From NCBI GenBank assembly GCA_964012805.1, contig CAXGUD010000003.1:32001-96000 (forward strand): a stretch of DNA of 64,000 bases. Direction: 5' to 3'. This document shows positions 39,015-48,607 of this stretch, piece by piece. Each line of letters starts with the position of its first letter. Position 1 is the stretch's first letter. Under the pieces are notes generated by a model, which was not told where the DNA came from, did not search any database, and saw only the letters and a program-made list of their open reading frames with translations. A program made the position numbers and the translations under genes. This DNA comes from an uncultured Bacteriovoracaceae bacterium (GTDB taxonomy: Bacteria > Bdellovibrionota > Bacteriovoracia > Bacteriovoracales > Bacteriovoracaceae).

Positions 39015-39043
39015 ATGACATAAAAAATGAAATAAAGTATAAT
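39015..39043 (+). promoter_or_regulatory. Putative sigma70 promoter
   Basis: ATGACA-N17-TATAAT upstream of the lipoprotein gene. Confidence 0.6.
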
Positions 39044-39112
39044 TTAAACTTACTTAGTTCTATATTTTAGTAAGTTGACAAGGTCCTATATTCTTGGAAA
39101 GAGGAGTTTCAA

Positions 39113-40291
39113 TTGATCCCTTTTAAATTAAGATTCTTCGCTTTAATGATCTTTGTAACAGGTTGTGCCGGAACTCTCAAAGTGGAAAAAGAAGAAGGAT
39201 TAGAGGTCTATTCTTTGATTGATAAAAAAGGTCGGGCCGTTGCCAAAGTAAGGGCATCTAAAAAGCCATTAATACAAAGCGTTAAGGAAGGGGGGTATAG
39301 AATCGAAGTGCCTTCAAAGCAAGGGGCCATAAGGTGCACTTTAAAGGAGGCTTATTCTCCGCCAAGTATTTGGATAACAAGTTTTATTGAAAAGCTTAGG
39401 CCTAAAGTTTCAAGTTTAGAAATAGTAGAAATTAATTCAGGAGTAATAAAAAAATGGCCTTATCTTTATTCAGAGGTATCTTTTCACTCGGGGAACAAAA
39501 GCACTAAAAATAACCTTTTAAAAATTTTATCTTTATCAAGCGATAATGCTGCAATTTTTTGTTTAGAAGGTACAGGAAAAGGTCATAAAAGCTTAGAGCA
39601 GGTTGCCGGAGATATAATTTCGACTTTAAAGGATAATGATAAGTCTAGATTGCCTTCTATAAGTTCACAAGTTGATATTACATCAATTAAAAATGTAAAC
39701 ACGGGCTTTGTTCACAGGAAGATTTTTAAAAATAAGAAAGGCAATCTTGTAAATATTGTTAGAACTTCTATGATCGTTCCTAAAAATCGTTTAAAAAATT
39801 CTATGAAAGGTTTTTTTAATACTTCCGTTGAGCTAACGGATAATAAGGGAAATTATTTAGAGGGGTCCTATATTGGGTATGAGGACTTGAAGAAAACATA
39901 TAAAGTCAAACTTAAGGCGAAAGAGGATAAAAAGTACGAACTGGTGGGATTTGTTAATGGAAAGAATATTAAGAAAGTTTTGAAAATTGAAGGTCATCTG
40001 ATGACAGCTGTTGAGCAAGATCGGTTTTTTTCAGAACCAAAGGAAAAATCAAATAAGCCCATAACTTTTTATGACTATGTTCCTTCCATGGACCCTCTTA
40101 AAGTTTTTAAATCCAAGCTAGTTTATAAAGGAAGTGAAAAGACTGGTCTTAATTTATACAGAGTTGAGCTAAATAAAACAAATCTTAATCTTAAAGTAGA
40201 CGCGAAAGGAACGCCAATATTCTCGTCTTCAAAGTTTGGTAATTTTGTCTTAGAAAACCGAAGAGTCTTTTTAGAGAAAAAAAGTTTTTGA
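39113..40291 (+). CDS. Hypothetical lipoprotein
   Basis: Lipobox VTGC, GAGGAG SD before TTG, 392 aa, beta-rich. Confidence 0.75.
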   Translation: MIPFKLRFFALMIFVTGCAGTLKVEKEEGLEVYSLIDKKGRAVAKVRASKKPLIQSVKEGGYRIEVPSKQGAIRCTLKEAYSPPSIWITSFIEKLRPKVSSLEIVEINSGVIKKWPYLYSEVSFHSGNKSTKNNLLKILSLSSDNAAIFCLEGTGKGHKSLEQVAGDIISTLKDNDKSRLPSISSQVDITSIKNVNTGFVHRKIFKNKKGNLVNIVRTSMIVPKNRLKNSMKGFFNTSVELTDNKGNYLEGSYIGYEDLKKTYKVKLKAKEDKKYELVGFVNGKNIKKVLKIEGHLMTAVEQDRFFSEPKEKSNKPITFYDYVPSMDPLKVFKSKLVYKGSEKTGLNLYRVELNKTNLNLKVDAKGTPIFSSSKFGNFVLENRRVFLEKKSF

Positions 40292-40609
40292 AATAAAGTT
40301 TTCATTAAATGAAGGTAATATTATTTAAAAATGAATAGGTTACGGTGGAAATCTTTTTATTTATCAATGATAATAATTTAAAAGATAACTAACTCTACTT
40401 ATTAAGGCTAGATCTAAACATTTGTTATTAACTAAACATCTTATGTAATAGTCGCTCGTAATTGTTGGTTAATTCATTTTTTTTTATTTCTTTAAGTTAA
40501 ATTCTTAAATTAAAATATCTAAAAGTTTAAAATTAAAAAAAGTTTTTTATAAAAGTTAAAGGAGCAATAGAATTTGTTTAAGTTAATCAAAATTTTAATT
40601 TTTTTTATA

Positions 40610-40637
40610 TAAATTTTTTGATTAATTTTGTCGATAT
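40610..40637 (+). promoter_or_regulatory. Putative sigma28-type promoter
   Basis: TAAA-N16-GTCGATAT, about 40 nt upstream of the CheX-like gene. Confidence 0.35.
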
Positions 40638-40676
40638 AGAGTCTCATGTAGCGGCATTTTTTCCTCAGGAGATCTA

Positions 40677-41600
40677 ATGGGCGCGATTATTTTAAAGAAT
40701 GCAACTTATATATCAGGGTTTAATCTATCCGAAGAAAACGCTGAAGTGCTAAAAAATCTTTCTAAAAAGTTTCGAGTTAGAAGCTTTAATGAAAGTGACT
40801 TTGGTGAGTTTAAAAAATCTTTTGATCAAGTCAAATATCACTTCTGTATTATTAGTCAGATTGATGAGTCAAATAAAAATGGAGATCATGAGGCCAGAAA
40901 ATTTGTAGATGGCCAGAATATATCTAAAATATATTTGGATCCTAATGATCTTTGTCCAGAAATAAAAAACACCAATCAACTTATCCGTTTGGGTAAAGAT
41001 GATCTAAATGGAAACGTCGAGGAAAAAGTATTAGAAAATTTAGTTACTCTTGTAGATGAAAAAATAACTAGTGGAATGAAAGACACAATTCACAAGACTA
41101 TGGAGTATATCACACCTATTTTCTTTGATTGTGAGCCTGTTAACTTTGAAGAAAGAAAATTTGACCCTGATTTCTTTGACTTTTCAAATAACTCAAACTT
41201 CGATTGTTTAGTATCAATAGAAAATAATTTTGAGTGGCTTGTTGGGAGATTGGTAATTAAAATAAATAGTGATCTTTTTTCAAAAAATATACTCAAAAAG
41301 GATCAGAGTATCGATGATGTTTTGAAAGCATCTCAAGAGTATTCGAATCAAATTATGGGGATAATAAACTTTAACCTCAATAATACAGGAAAAAAGTTTA
41401 AAATTGGGTTGCCACAAAGTTACGACTTAACAACTTCAAGAGTCAACCTGGGAAAGCTTTTGATCCCGTCTATGATTCTGACAACCAGTTCAAGAGAAAT
41501 TGAAATAAGTTTCGGTCATATCGAAATGGAAAACGGTACTGTTCCGGAATTAAAAGTTGAAGAATTTTCAATTCCTTCAAGCGATGTAGATTTCTTCTAA
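40677..41600 (+). CDS. Protein with C-terminal CheX-like phosphatase domain
   Basis: ASQEYSNQIMG (E-x2-N) followed by G..FKIGLP; possible degenerate receiver at the N-terminus; AGGAG SD. Confidence 0.6.
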   Translation: MGAIILKNATYISGFNLSEENAEVLKNLSKKFRVRSFNESDFGEFKKSFDQVKYHFCIISQIDESNKNGDHEARKFVDGQNISKIYLDPNDLCPEIKNTNQLIRLGKDDLNGNVEEKVLENLVTLVDEKITSGMKDTIHKTMEYITPIFFDCEPVNFEERKFDPDFFDFSNNSNFDCLVSIENNFEWLVGRLVIKINSDLFSKNILKKDQSIDDVLKASQEYSNQIMGIINFNLNNTGKKFKIGLPQSYDLTTSRVNLGKLLIPSMILTTSSREIEISFGHIEMENGTVPELKVEEFSIPSSDVDFF

Positions 41601-41614
41601 AAAAAGGATATTTT

Positions 41615-42457
41615 ATGGAAATAAATTTGGTTCAAGAGGAGAAACTCCTAATCGACGGAATTGAAATGCCCGTGAATAAAGTCGTCCATGCGACATGGAT
41701 AATGGAAATGGATTTTCAAAAGACACTTATTGAGCTTGTTGGTGGAGAGGTAAAGGGTATTGAGGAAGGTCTAAAATCTGGTAAATATAATTTTGCAAAA
41801 CTCCAAATAAGTCACCATACCAATGATTGTGGACCAACCTCCTTGGGAACTGAAAGGTCAGATGTTATTGGTTATGCTCTTGTAGATAATACCTTTGTAA
41901 AAAGTCTAAATTTAGGCTCAAAAGAAGTGCTTTCTCTTGCAAGTATTGATGAGTTTCGTGGAATTATTTGGCACAACATAGAACAGAGTAAAGCTTATGA
42001 AAAGGGACTAAAAGACCTTGTTCAGAAAATAATAGATTTTTTCTCTTTTGATTTTGCAAAAGTTCAGAGAAAGCTAGGTCCAATTTCTAAAAACTTTTTG
42101 GAAGTGGAGGAGAAGAATTACGAATACATAACAATTATCGCTTTAAGACCTAATACGACAGATCACTTTAGTCTCAACTCAGCCGACTGGAAACAGCACA
42201 TGGGTTTAAAATATGGGCGTTATCAATCATTTTTAACGGAAACTTTTGCTATTTGTGAAGATGAAAATATTAAAGTTTCAAATCAAAACTATGAGATTAT
42301 CGATGTTAGTGAGCTTTTTAATGGAGATGGATCTAAAAAAAGTGACGAAGCTGTTTTAAGGTATTTTGGGACATCTCTAAAGAATGTTGTGCCGATGCTT
42401 AAACGAACCATCCTCAGAAGGCTGGAACGTTTAAGAAAGCAAAAGGAAGCAAGTTAG
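41615..42457 (+). CDS. Hypothetical cytoplasmic protein
   Basis: 280-aa ORF, AAGGA SD, 14 nt after the CheX-like gene. Confidence 0.75.
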   Translation: MEINLVQEEKLLIDGIEMPVNKVVHATWIMEMDFQKTLIELVGGEVKGIEEGLKSGKYNFAKLQISHHTNDCGPTSLGTERSDVIGYALVDNTFVKSLNLGSKEVLSLASIDEFRGIIWHNIEQSKAYEKGLKDLVQKIIDFFSFDFAKVQRKLGPISKNFLEVEEKNYEYITIIALRPNTTDHFSLNSADWKQHMGLKYGRYQSFLTETFAICEDENIKVSNQNYEIIDVSELFNGDGSKKSDEAVLRYFGTSLKNVVPMLKRTILRRLERLRKQKEAS

Positions 42458-42468
42458 AAGTACCCTAT

Positions 42469-45400
42469 TTACTTTAAAGGCAAAAAGTTCATGGAAAAGC
42501 TCTCTTTATCTCCATCTTTTTCATAACAAAATAAAGAAAAGGCAAATGTTTGGTTCTTTCCAAATGGAACTGGATTCATACTTCTGCAGTTTTGCGGAAT
42601 GGAAAGATTGTATTTGATCGGAGAGATAAGGTCTCCTCTTCCATTTAATGTTAAAAGGTAAATATCACTTCTATTGATTTGAGTTGAATCTACGTAAAGA
42701 GCTGGAAGGGTTTTAGCTTTTTCTCCTTTTACAATCGGATAGAATGTTTCACTAAATAATGACCCAGGTAGAAAACTAAATCTATGAATTGGTCTTGATT
42801 TAACTGTAATCTTACCAGTCCTACGATCAGAAATGTGAAGACCGAGGTTTCCTTTTGTTTGAAAAAAAGTATAGTTTTTTTGGCCTTTTTTATAGGTTGC
42901 TAGAGCTCCAAAAATATGGTCCCTTTTATAGGACTGTCTATAGACGTTGCTATCTAAAAGGGTAAATGGATTATCGCTTTGAGAACCTGATAACTCAGTA
43001 AACCTTATGGTCGTTTCATTATACAAGCCTACAAAAAGGCTAGAACTTTTAAAGTTGGCTTTACCTCTAATTTCAGTAACTGGGAACAGGTCATGACCTT
43101 CTAGGTGAATGGAGTTAGTCTCTAAAGTTGAACCCTCAAAAATCGGTAGGCCTTTTAGGTTAACCAAGTGGGTCGTTGTTTCAAAGTTTTTGCCAGTAGA
43201 AATAATGCCTTTAGATACTCCATTTTTTAAATCTTTTTGAGATTGGGGAAGAACAAAGAGAAGGTTTATTTGATCATTCCACTTAAGATTAAGTTTATCT
43301 TTAATGACTTTATCCCATAGGTAGTTATCCATAATTCTTGTTTTGATTTCAAAATTATTTTTCTCAGCATTAAAGCTAGGTTTAAAAAAGTAAAAGTGCC
43401 TATTCTTAGAAAGGTCAGGAGTCATCCAAGGGTCAGGGTTTTTGTCTGCTTTAGGTATTCTTCCCTCAGCAAGAAATAAAGGAATGGCAATTTTACCAAT
43501 TTTCTCAATATGATTAGGAATAAAAATGGCTTTTCTTAAGTCAAGAACAACTGTCTCTGGAACAAAAGTGTGATGAGAATATTGTTTGAAGAGAGGGTTA
43601 CCAAATTGATTGAAATAAGAGTATTGAATAAACTTTTCATTCCCACTTTTTGCCAATGATCTCAAAAAGTAGTCGGGTTTTCCATCATAATTCATATCGA
43701 GTACGATGATAGAAAGGAGTTGGGTTGCATTTGGTAGAAAAAGGCTTTTTTCTACCTTAGCAAATGTTTGCCCACTTTTCTTGAACAGGATAACATTAAG
43801 GCCTTTGTCTTTATTCTCATCCTTCTGGCTTTTTGTAATGTAGTATTCAGGATAATTTTTTTGAAAATATGGATCTTGCACTGTTTTTACAAGTGGGATT
43901 AGGTTCCCATTTATGAGTCTACCGACCGGTGATTTATCAGAATTACCGCCAATTTGAAGGCGTTGAAGATCATCTCCTTTGAGGGTTCTAGAAATTTTCC
44001 AATTATTTGTAAAGTTACCTATTAAATTCTCTTTGTGATAGATTTTAACTTTTAAATCAAGAGAATTGTCACCTTCGAGGTCCGAGATAAAGCCTTTAAG
44101 AGAAATTATTTTTATTCCGCCACTTTTGAGATCTTTTATCTTGAAAAAATCTTTTTCAAGTTGAATTAAATTTTGTTGGGAATAGACCTTGATTGAAAGG
44201 TCACTAATTTCTTTCCAGAAGTTTTTTATTTTTAGGTCAAGCTTCCATTCATTTATTCTAGGATCTACTTTTATAGTTGGCTGGTCTTTAAAAATTGGTC
44301 TCACTATGGGAGATGATTTTAAATAGATTGCTTTTTCTAAATTAGGAAGTCCACCTGATACGTATTTTACAGAGTCAGTCGTATCTATTTCTCTTGAGCT
44401 TAAGAAAATTCTGGCCTTTACTTCATCGCTTGAAATATCTGGGTTGATGGCTTTTAAAGCCGCTGCAAGCCCCGCTATGTAAGGAGCAGACTGACTCGTA
44501 CCATTTTTAATTTCATAACCTTTTACAGAAAAGAAGTCCGGGTCGAGTTTTTGGGGATAAGTTGATAAAATGTTGTCTCCAGGTGCAAGAATGTCAACAT
44601 GGCCACCATAGTTGGAAAAGTTGGATATACGACCGTCAATACTCATTGATCCTACGCAGATAACCCCTTCGTAGGAGCAAGGAAAGATAGGGCTTTGATT
44701 ATTATTATTACCAGCAGCAGCAACAATAATTATATTTTTTTCAATAGCCGCTTTGACAGCCTCTTTTAAGTAATTTGTATCAAGGATAAGCGGCCATCCA
44801 AGACTCATATTAATAACATCGACATCTTTCTTAATCGCATAAAGAATCCCTTTCGCAATACGGTCTGTAAGACTTCCATTTGGACCTCGTCCTGAGTTTC
44901 TGCCGCCTTCATTTTTTTGAAGAACTTTTATTGGAAGGATTTTAACCTTTGGAATAAAGCCGCTTATTCCCTTTTTATTACCAGTGGTCGCAGCAATAAT
45001 CCCAGCAACATGAGTACCATGCCCTATATCATCATAGGGGCGGTTATCTCCGCCTTTTTTACTGGAAACATAGTTCCACCCCATGCAATCGCCGATCAAA
45101 CCATTATTATCTTTATCCTCTTTCGGCCTAAAAGGTAACCCTCCTCGAGAGTTACATTCTGTCTCGCTTTTAAGGATATTGTCTTTTAGGTCCGGGTGCT
45201 CGAGGTCAAGGCCAGAATCTAAAACGGCTACAATTGTATCTCTTTTCATGAGGTTAGGAAGCTTTTTTCTGATAGACTTCCAGCCCATATCCATGCCACT
45301 TTTCCCTTCGAGAACTTCCGAATGAATATCATCTAGATCTTTTAGAACCTTTTGGCCTGAGTTGTAGAGTGACCATTGAAAGGGTAAAAAAGTATCATTC

Positions 45401-45789
45401 TCTAACCTTGGTGCTGCAGGGTTAATCTTAATAGATAGCGCATTAACATTGTGTATAGGTTCAATAGATTCAATAGGAAGTTTTTTTAAAAGTGTGTCCT
45501 GTATTCTATCTTTAAAAGATGAGGTTCCTTCAAATTTTAATTCATATAACCTTCTAAAATAATCATTATTAAAATTATCAAAACGTTTTAATGAAATGAC
45601 TTTTAAATATTTTTCAATTTTCTTTAACTGGGTTTTTGTAGGTACCTTTTTAAAGGTAAAAAGTATGGTTTGAACCATTCTTTTTTCTTTAGTAGTAAAG
45701 GGTGTCGTCGTGCTATGTCCACTTACTGGTAAAAGAGTGGTTATTGTTAACATTGTAGTGAGGAAGAAAAAGTAAAATTGCTTAATCAT
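42469..45789 (-). CDS. Large secreted S8 (subtilisin-like) serine peptidase
   Basis: Signal peptide; triad VAVLDSG, GHGTHVAG, GTSQSAP; AAAGN; about 600-aa C-terminal extension. Confidence 0.93.
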   Translation of the reverse strand: MIKQFYFFFLTTMLTITTLLPVSGHSTTTPFTTKEKRMVQTILFTFKKVPTKTQLKKIEKYLKVISLKRFDNFNNDYFRRLYELKFEGTSSFKDRIQDTLLKKLPIESIEPIHNVNALSIKINPAAPRLENDTFLPFQWSLYNSGQKVLKDLDDIHSEVLEGKSGMDMGWKSIRKKLPNLMKRDTIVAVLDSGLDLEHPDLKDNILKSETECNSRGGLPFRPKEDKDNNGLIGDCMGWNYVSSKKGGDNRPYDDIGHGTHVAGIIAATTGNKKGISGFIPKVKILPIKVLQKNEGGRNSGRGPNGSLTDRIAKGILYAIKKDVDVINMSLGWPLILDTNYLKEAVKAAIEKNIIIVAAAGNNNNQSPIFPCSYEGVICVGSMSIDGRISNFSNYGGHVDILAPGDNILSTYPQKLDPDFFSVKGYEIKNGTSQSAPYIAGLAAALKAINPDISSDEVKARIFLSSREIDTTDSVKYVSGGLPNLEKAIYLKSSPIVRPIFKDQPTIKVDPRINEWKLDLKIKNFWKEISDLSIKVYSQQNLIQLEKDFFKIKDLKSGGIKIISLKGFISDLEGDNSLDLKVKIYHKENLIGNFTNNWKISRTLKGDDLQRLQIGGNSDKSPVGRLINGNLIPLVKTVQDPYFQKNYPEYYITKSQKDENKDKGLNVILFKKSGQTFAKVEKSLFLPNATQLLSIIVLDMNYDGKPDYFLRSLAKSGNEKFIQYSYFNQFGNPLFKQYSHHTFVPETVVLDLRKAIFIPNHIEKIGKIAIPLFLAEGRIPKADKNPDPWMTPDLSKNRHFYFFKPSFNAEKNNFEIKTRIMDNYLWDKVIKDKLNLKWNDQINLLFVLPQSQKDLKNGVSKGIISTGKNFETTTHLVNLKGLPIFEGSTLETNSIHLEGHDLFPVTEIRGKANFKSSSLFVGLYNETTIRFTELSGSQSDNPFTLLDSNVYRQSYKRDHIFGALATYKKGQKNYTFFQTKGNLGLHISDRRTGKITVKSRPIHRFSFLPGSLFSETFYPIVKGEKAKTLPALYVDSTQINRSDIYLLTLNGRGDLISPIKYNLSIPQNCRSMNPVPFGKNQTFAFSLFCYEKDGDKESFSMNFLPLK

Positions 45790-45943
45790 TTTTTTAAGGC
45801 TCCATAAAGCATTTAAAGGCAGTCTAAACTGACCCTGACATTTATATTAAAATTGGAGGGAAAAAGGGAGACTCTTTGTATAAATTTAGAGAAAACAGCG
45901 ATGATTTTTAGGACAAATATCCCTTTTTTCAACAAAACCTGTT

Positions 45944-47020
45944 TTATTGCGGTGCATTTTGCTGTGTACTGACTAGTTTGAAGTAAGGTGTTTCGTCTTC
46001 TGAGCCTAGGACTTCAATACATTTGTCGATTTTTTTACCTTTCATATGAATAACCAGGTTTATGTTTTGACAGATCATTTTTAAGACCATGTTGAAAGGA
46101 AAAGAATCTTTTGGAGAATAAAAACAAAAAAGCCAAGCCAATCTTAGAAGGGCATCGGGAGCTGAGTTAGCATGTATTGTGGCCATCATTCCTTCATGTC
46201 CTGTATTCATTTGAAGAAGAAAATTTAAAGCTTCCTTTGACCTTATCTCTCCCATGATCATCCTGTCGGGCTTCATTCTCAAAGCATAATTTAAATATTG
46301 GACTAGACTTTTTTTTGAGCTTTTTTCGTCAGCCAGAAAGCTTGTCGTTAAAGGGCTTTTCCTTGAAAGTTCCCTTGTTTCTTCAAATATAATTATATGC
46401 TCACTTTTGGGTATTTTATTCAAGACTGTATTTAGAAATGTTGTTTTCCCTGATCCTGTTTGACCACTAATTAGGATATTATTTTTATTTTTAATAGAAG
46501 ACGTAATAAATTTTTTATCTTCTTCAGATATATCAAAGTTTGAGAGCCCTAAGGGGTCTTTTGTATGTCTTCTTAGAAATAGTTTTGAATGTTTTGAAGA
46601 AAGGCTAGAAAAATGGATAAGAGTGGCTCTGAAAGAAACACCATAGAAAGAAGTATAGAAACTGGCAAAGGGTTGTGAGTAATTCCAGTCAACTTTTTCT
46701 TTAAGGCATAGGATTTCTAGAGCAAGTTGGAGGTCAGGAATTGGCTTTATTTCCTTGGTAATAGATTTTTCAACAATGTTCATTGTTTCAATTTGAATGA
46801 ATTTTGGAGAATGGACAATTATCTCTCTATGAAGTGGATTTTTAAAAAAAGGAGAAAGTTCAGAAAAATTTACTGTTTGATCAAACCAATTTCTAAAAAA
46901 ATCTTTGTTTTTTGAGTCCAATTTTTGGTTAAAGTAGGATGAAAAAATTTGATCTGGCTGGAAAACTTGCCCTTGATTTAATCCCCTTTGAAAGATCTCT
47001 TTGAATTCATTAAAAGGCAT
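45944..47020 (-). CDS. CpaF/TadA-family pilus assembly ATPase
   Basis: GQTGSGKTT, ALRMKPDRMIMGEIRS, NTGHEG, TIHANS. Confidence 0.9.
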   Translation of the reverse strand: MPFNEFKEIFQRGLNQGQVFQPDQIFSSYFNQKLDSKNKDFFRNWFDQTVNFSELSPFFKNPLHREIIVHSPKFIQIETMNIVEKSITKEIKPIPDLQLALEILCLKEKVDWNYSQPFASFYTSFYGVSFRATLIHFSSLSSKHSKLFLRRHTKDPLGLSNFDISEEDKKFITSSIKNKNNILISGQTGSGKTTFLNTVLNKIPKSEHIIIFEETRELSRKSPLTTSFLADEKSSKKSLVQYLNYALRMKPDRMIMGEIRSKEALNFLLQMNTGHEGMMATIHANSAPDALLRLAWLFCFYSPKDSFPFNMVLKMICQNINLVIHMKGKKIDKCIEVLGSEDETPYFKLVSTQQNAPQ

Positions 47021-47041
47021 AGCTTATCCTATATGGTTATA

Positions 47042-48367
47042 TTATTTTTTTGTTAGAAGAATGACTGCTGAAATTTTTTTGTAGTGATTTATTGTTGTCG
47101 TATTTTCAAAAAAGAAACCTAAAATAGGAATTTCTTTAAGCCATGGAAAATAGTTATTTTCTTTAGATTTTGACTTTAATCCTATTTCAAATACTTTTAA
47201 TGGCCTGTTTAACAATATTTTTAATCTTCCACTTTCCTCGTTTCCCGAGAAAGATTGGGAAGATTGAGATGAAGGGGCACTAAACTTAATAATATAATCA
47301 AGTAGAAAGTATCTCTTGTGAGGTTTTAGGGTGAGGTTTAAATCGAGTCCAGTAAATTTCCAATTGAACTTATGTGGCATGGAAATATCTTTTGGTATTC
47401 TTATTTTTTGGATTGGTATTTCACTTCCAACCTTTATTTTTAGTGGTGAATGGGGTTGAATTATTGATTCAGGCTCAGCGAGAATAGTCAGGTTTAAATC
47501 TCTTCCTTTAAAGTAAAAATTTTGTTGTATGAGTAGTCTATTAAAGTCATTTTTATAAAGGTCGATTAGGTTACCCGAAATACCCTCAAGACCAGCTCCA
47601 AACTCAGATCCATCTTGTTTTTCTAAGTTGAGAAGTTTTATTTTAATGAGGTAGTTCTCAAAGGAGTCCTTTTTTTTAGGAATCAGGGAGACATTAAAGT
47701 AATTTGAAATTTTTTTTATTTCTTGCTTGGAGAGTGGAGAGTCGGAAGGATAGAGGCAGAGGAGTTTAAACCCTTTTGTCTCACATTTAAGACTTTCTTT
47801 ACCTTCCAAACTGAGGGCCTTCATAATTTTATTTCTTAATTCATTCTTGAGTGAATTTGATAAAGAGCCTTTAAAGAAAAAGGAATCAGGATGTTTTTTG
47901 TATAGTCTATGAATAAGCCGGAAGTGGCCAAATGTGGATAATGTGCCCTTGGTTAGAATTAATGGCCCTTTAAGTTCAGTTTGAAGATTTATGGACTGGA
48001 GTGTTTCTGCTATGCGTAATAGTCTCAAGTGCGTCTTTTTAGAGAGAACGTAAATTTTAAAGGTTCTTTTTCCCTTCTCATCCCAAGTAACGAGCTCTGT
48101 GAAACCAAGCTTTTTACCCTTTATCAAAATATTTCTTAGGACATGGGAAACCTTATAAGAAATAATATCTTTATTACCTACGGTAAAGTTTTGGAGGTTT
48201 AGAGTTTGTATTTCTCTATGTTCCCCTATAGAAATCAATAGGTTATGACTTATGTGGTTTTTTTTTAACATCATTTGAGCACCTGCAGGTGTAAGATAAA
48301 GGCTTCCGGAAATGAATAAAATTTTGACATTGAGCTTATCAATGGGTAAATAACTGAGATTAAGCAA
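47042..48367 (-). CDS. CpaC/RcpA-type secretin (divergent); start uncertain (TTG 48367 or ATG 48274)
   Basis: Pilus-secretin N domain (VGNKDII...IKGKKLGFTEL..W), VGSEIP, PWLKEIPILGFFF secretin signature. Confidence 0.75.
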   Translation of the reverse strand: MLNLSYLPIDKLNVKILFISGSLYLTPAGAQMMLKKNHISHNLLISIGEHREIQTLNLQNFTVGNKDIISYKVSHVLRNILIKGKKLGFTELVTWDEKGKRTFKIYVLSKKTHLRLLRIAETLQSINLQTELKGPLILTKGTLSTFGHFRLIHRLYKKHPDSFFFKGSLSNSLKNELRNKIMKALSLEGKESLKCETKGFKLLCLYPSDSPLSKQEIKKISNYFNVSLIPKKKDSFENYLIKIKLLNLEKQDGSEFGAGLEGISGNLIDLYKNDFNRLLIQQNFYFKGRDLNLTILAEPESIIQPHSPLKIKVGSEIPIQKIRIPKDISMPHKFNWKFTGLDLNLTLKPHKRYFLLDYIIKFSAPSSQSSQSFSGNEESGRLKILLNRPLKVFEIGLKSKSKENNYFPWLKEIPILGFFFENTTTINHYKKISAVILLTKK

Positions 48368-48425
48368 TGTAGTTAAGGATAGGTCGTTTTCCCAATCCCT
48401 GTTGTGGTAAGAGAGGAGAGAAAAA

Positions 48426-48569
48426 ATGGTTTCAAACACAGCCGTCACTAGAAATAGAAGAAGAAATAAACTTAAAAAGATGGGCTCAAAAAGAAAGGCT
48501 GAAAACAAAAATAAGGGTACAACCCCTAAGTTTTCCATCCATCTTGATAAAGTTGAAGACAAGAAGTAA
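48426..48569 (+). CDS. Small basic protein, 47 aa (MVSNTAVTRNRRRNKLKKMGSKRKAENKNKGTTPKFSIHLDKVEDKK); absent from the ORF track
   Basis: GAGAGGAG SD, ATG 48426 to TAA 48569, 16 K/R residues, own terminator, TTGACA at 48324. Confidence 0.8.
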   Translation: MVSNTAVTRNRRRNKLKKMGSKRKAENKNKGTTPKFSIHLDKVEDKK

Positions 48570-48607
48570 CCCTCTTCTAATACAAGAAAATTCCAATTGA
48601 AAAATAG

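Noticed and set aside
40292..40676. Replication origin in the AT-rich gap
   Set aside because: No TTATCCACA-type DnaA boxes and no dnaA, dnaN or gidA nearby
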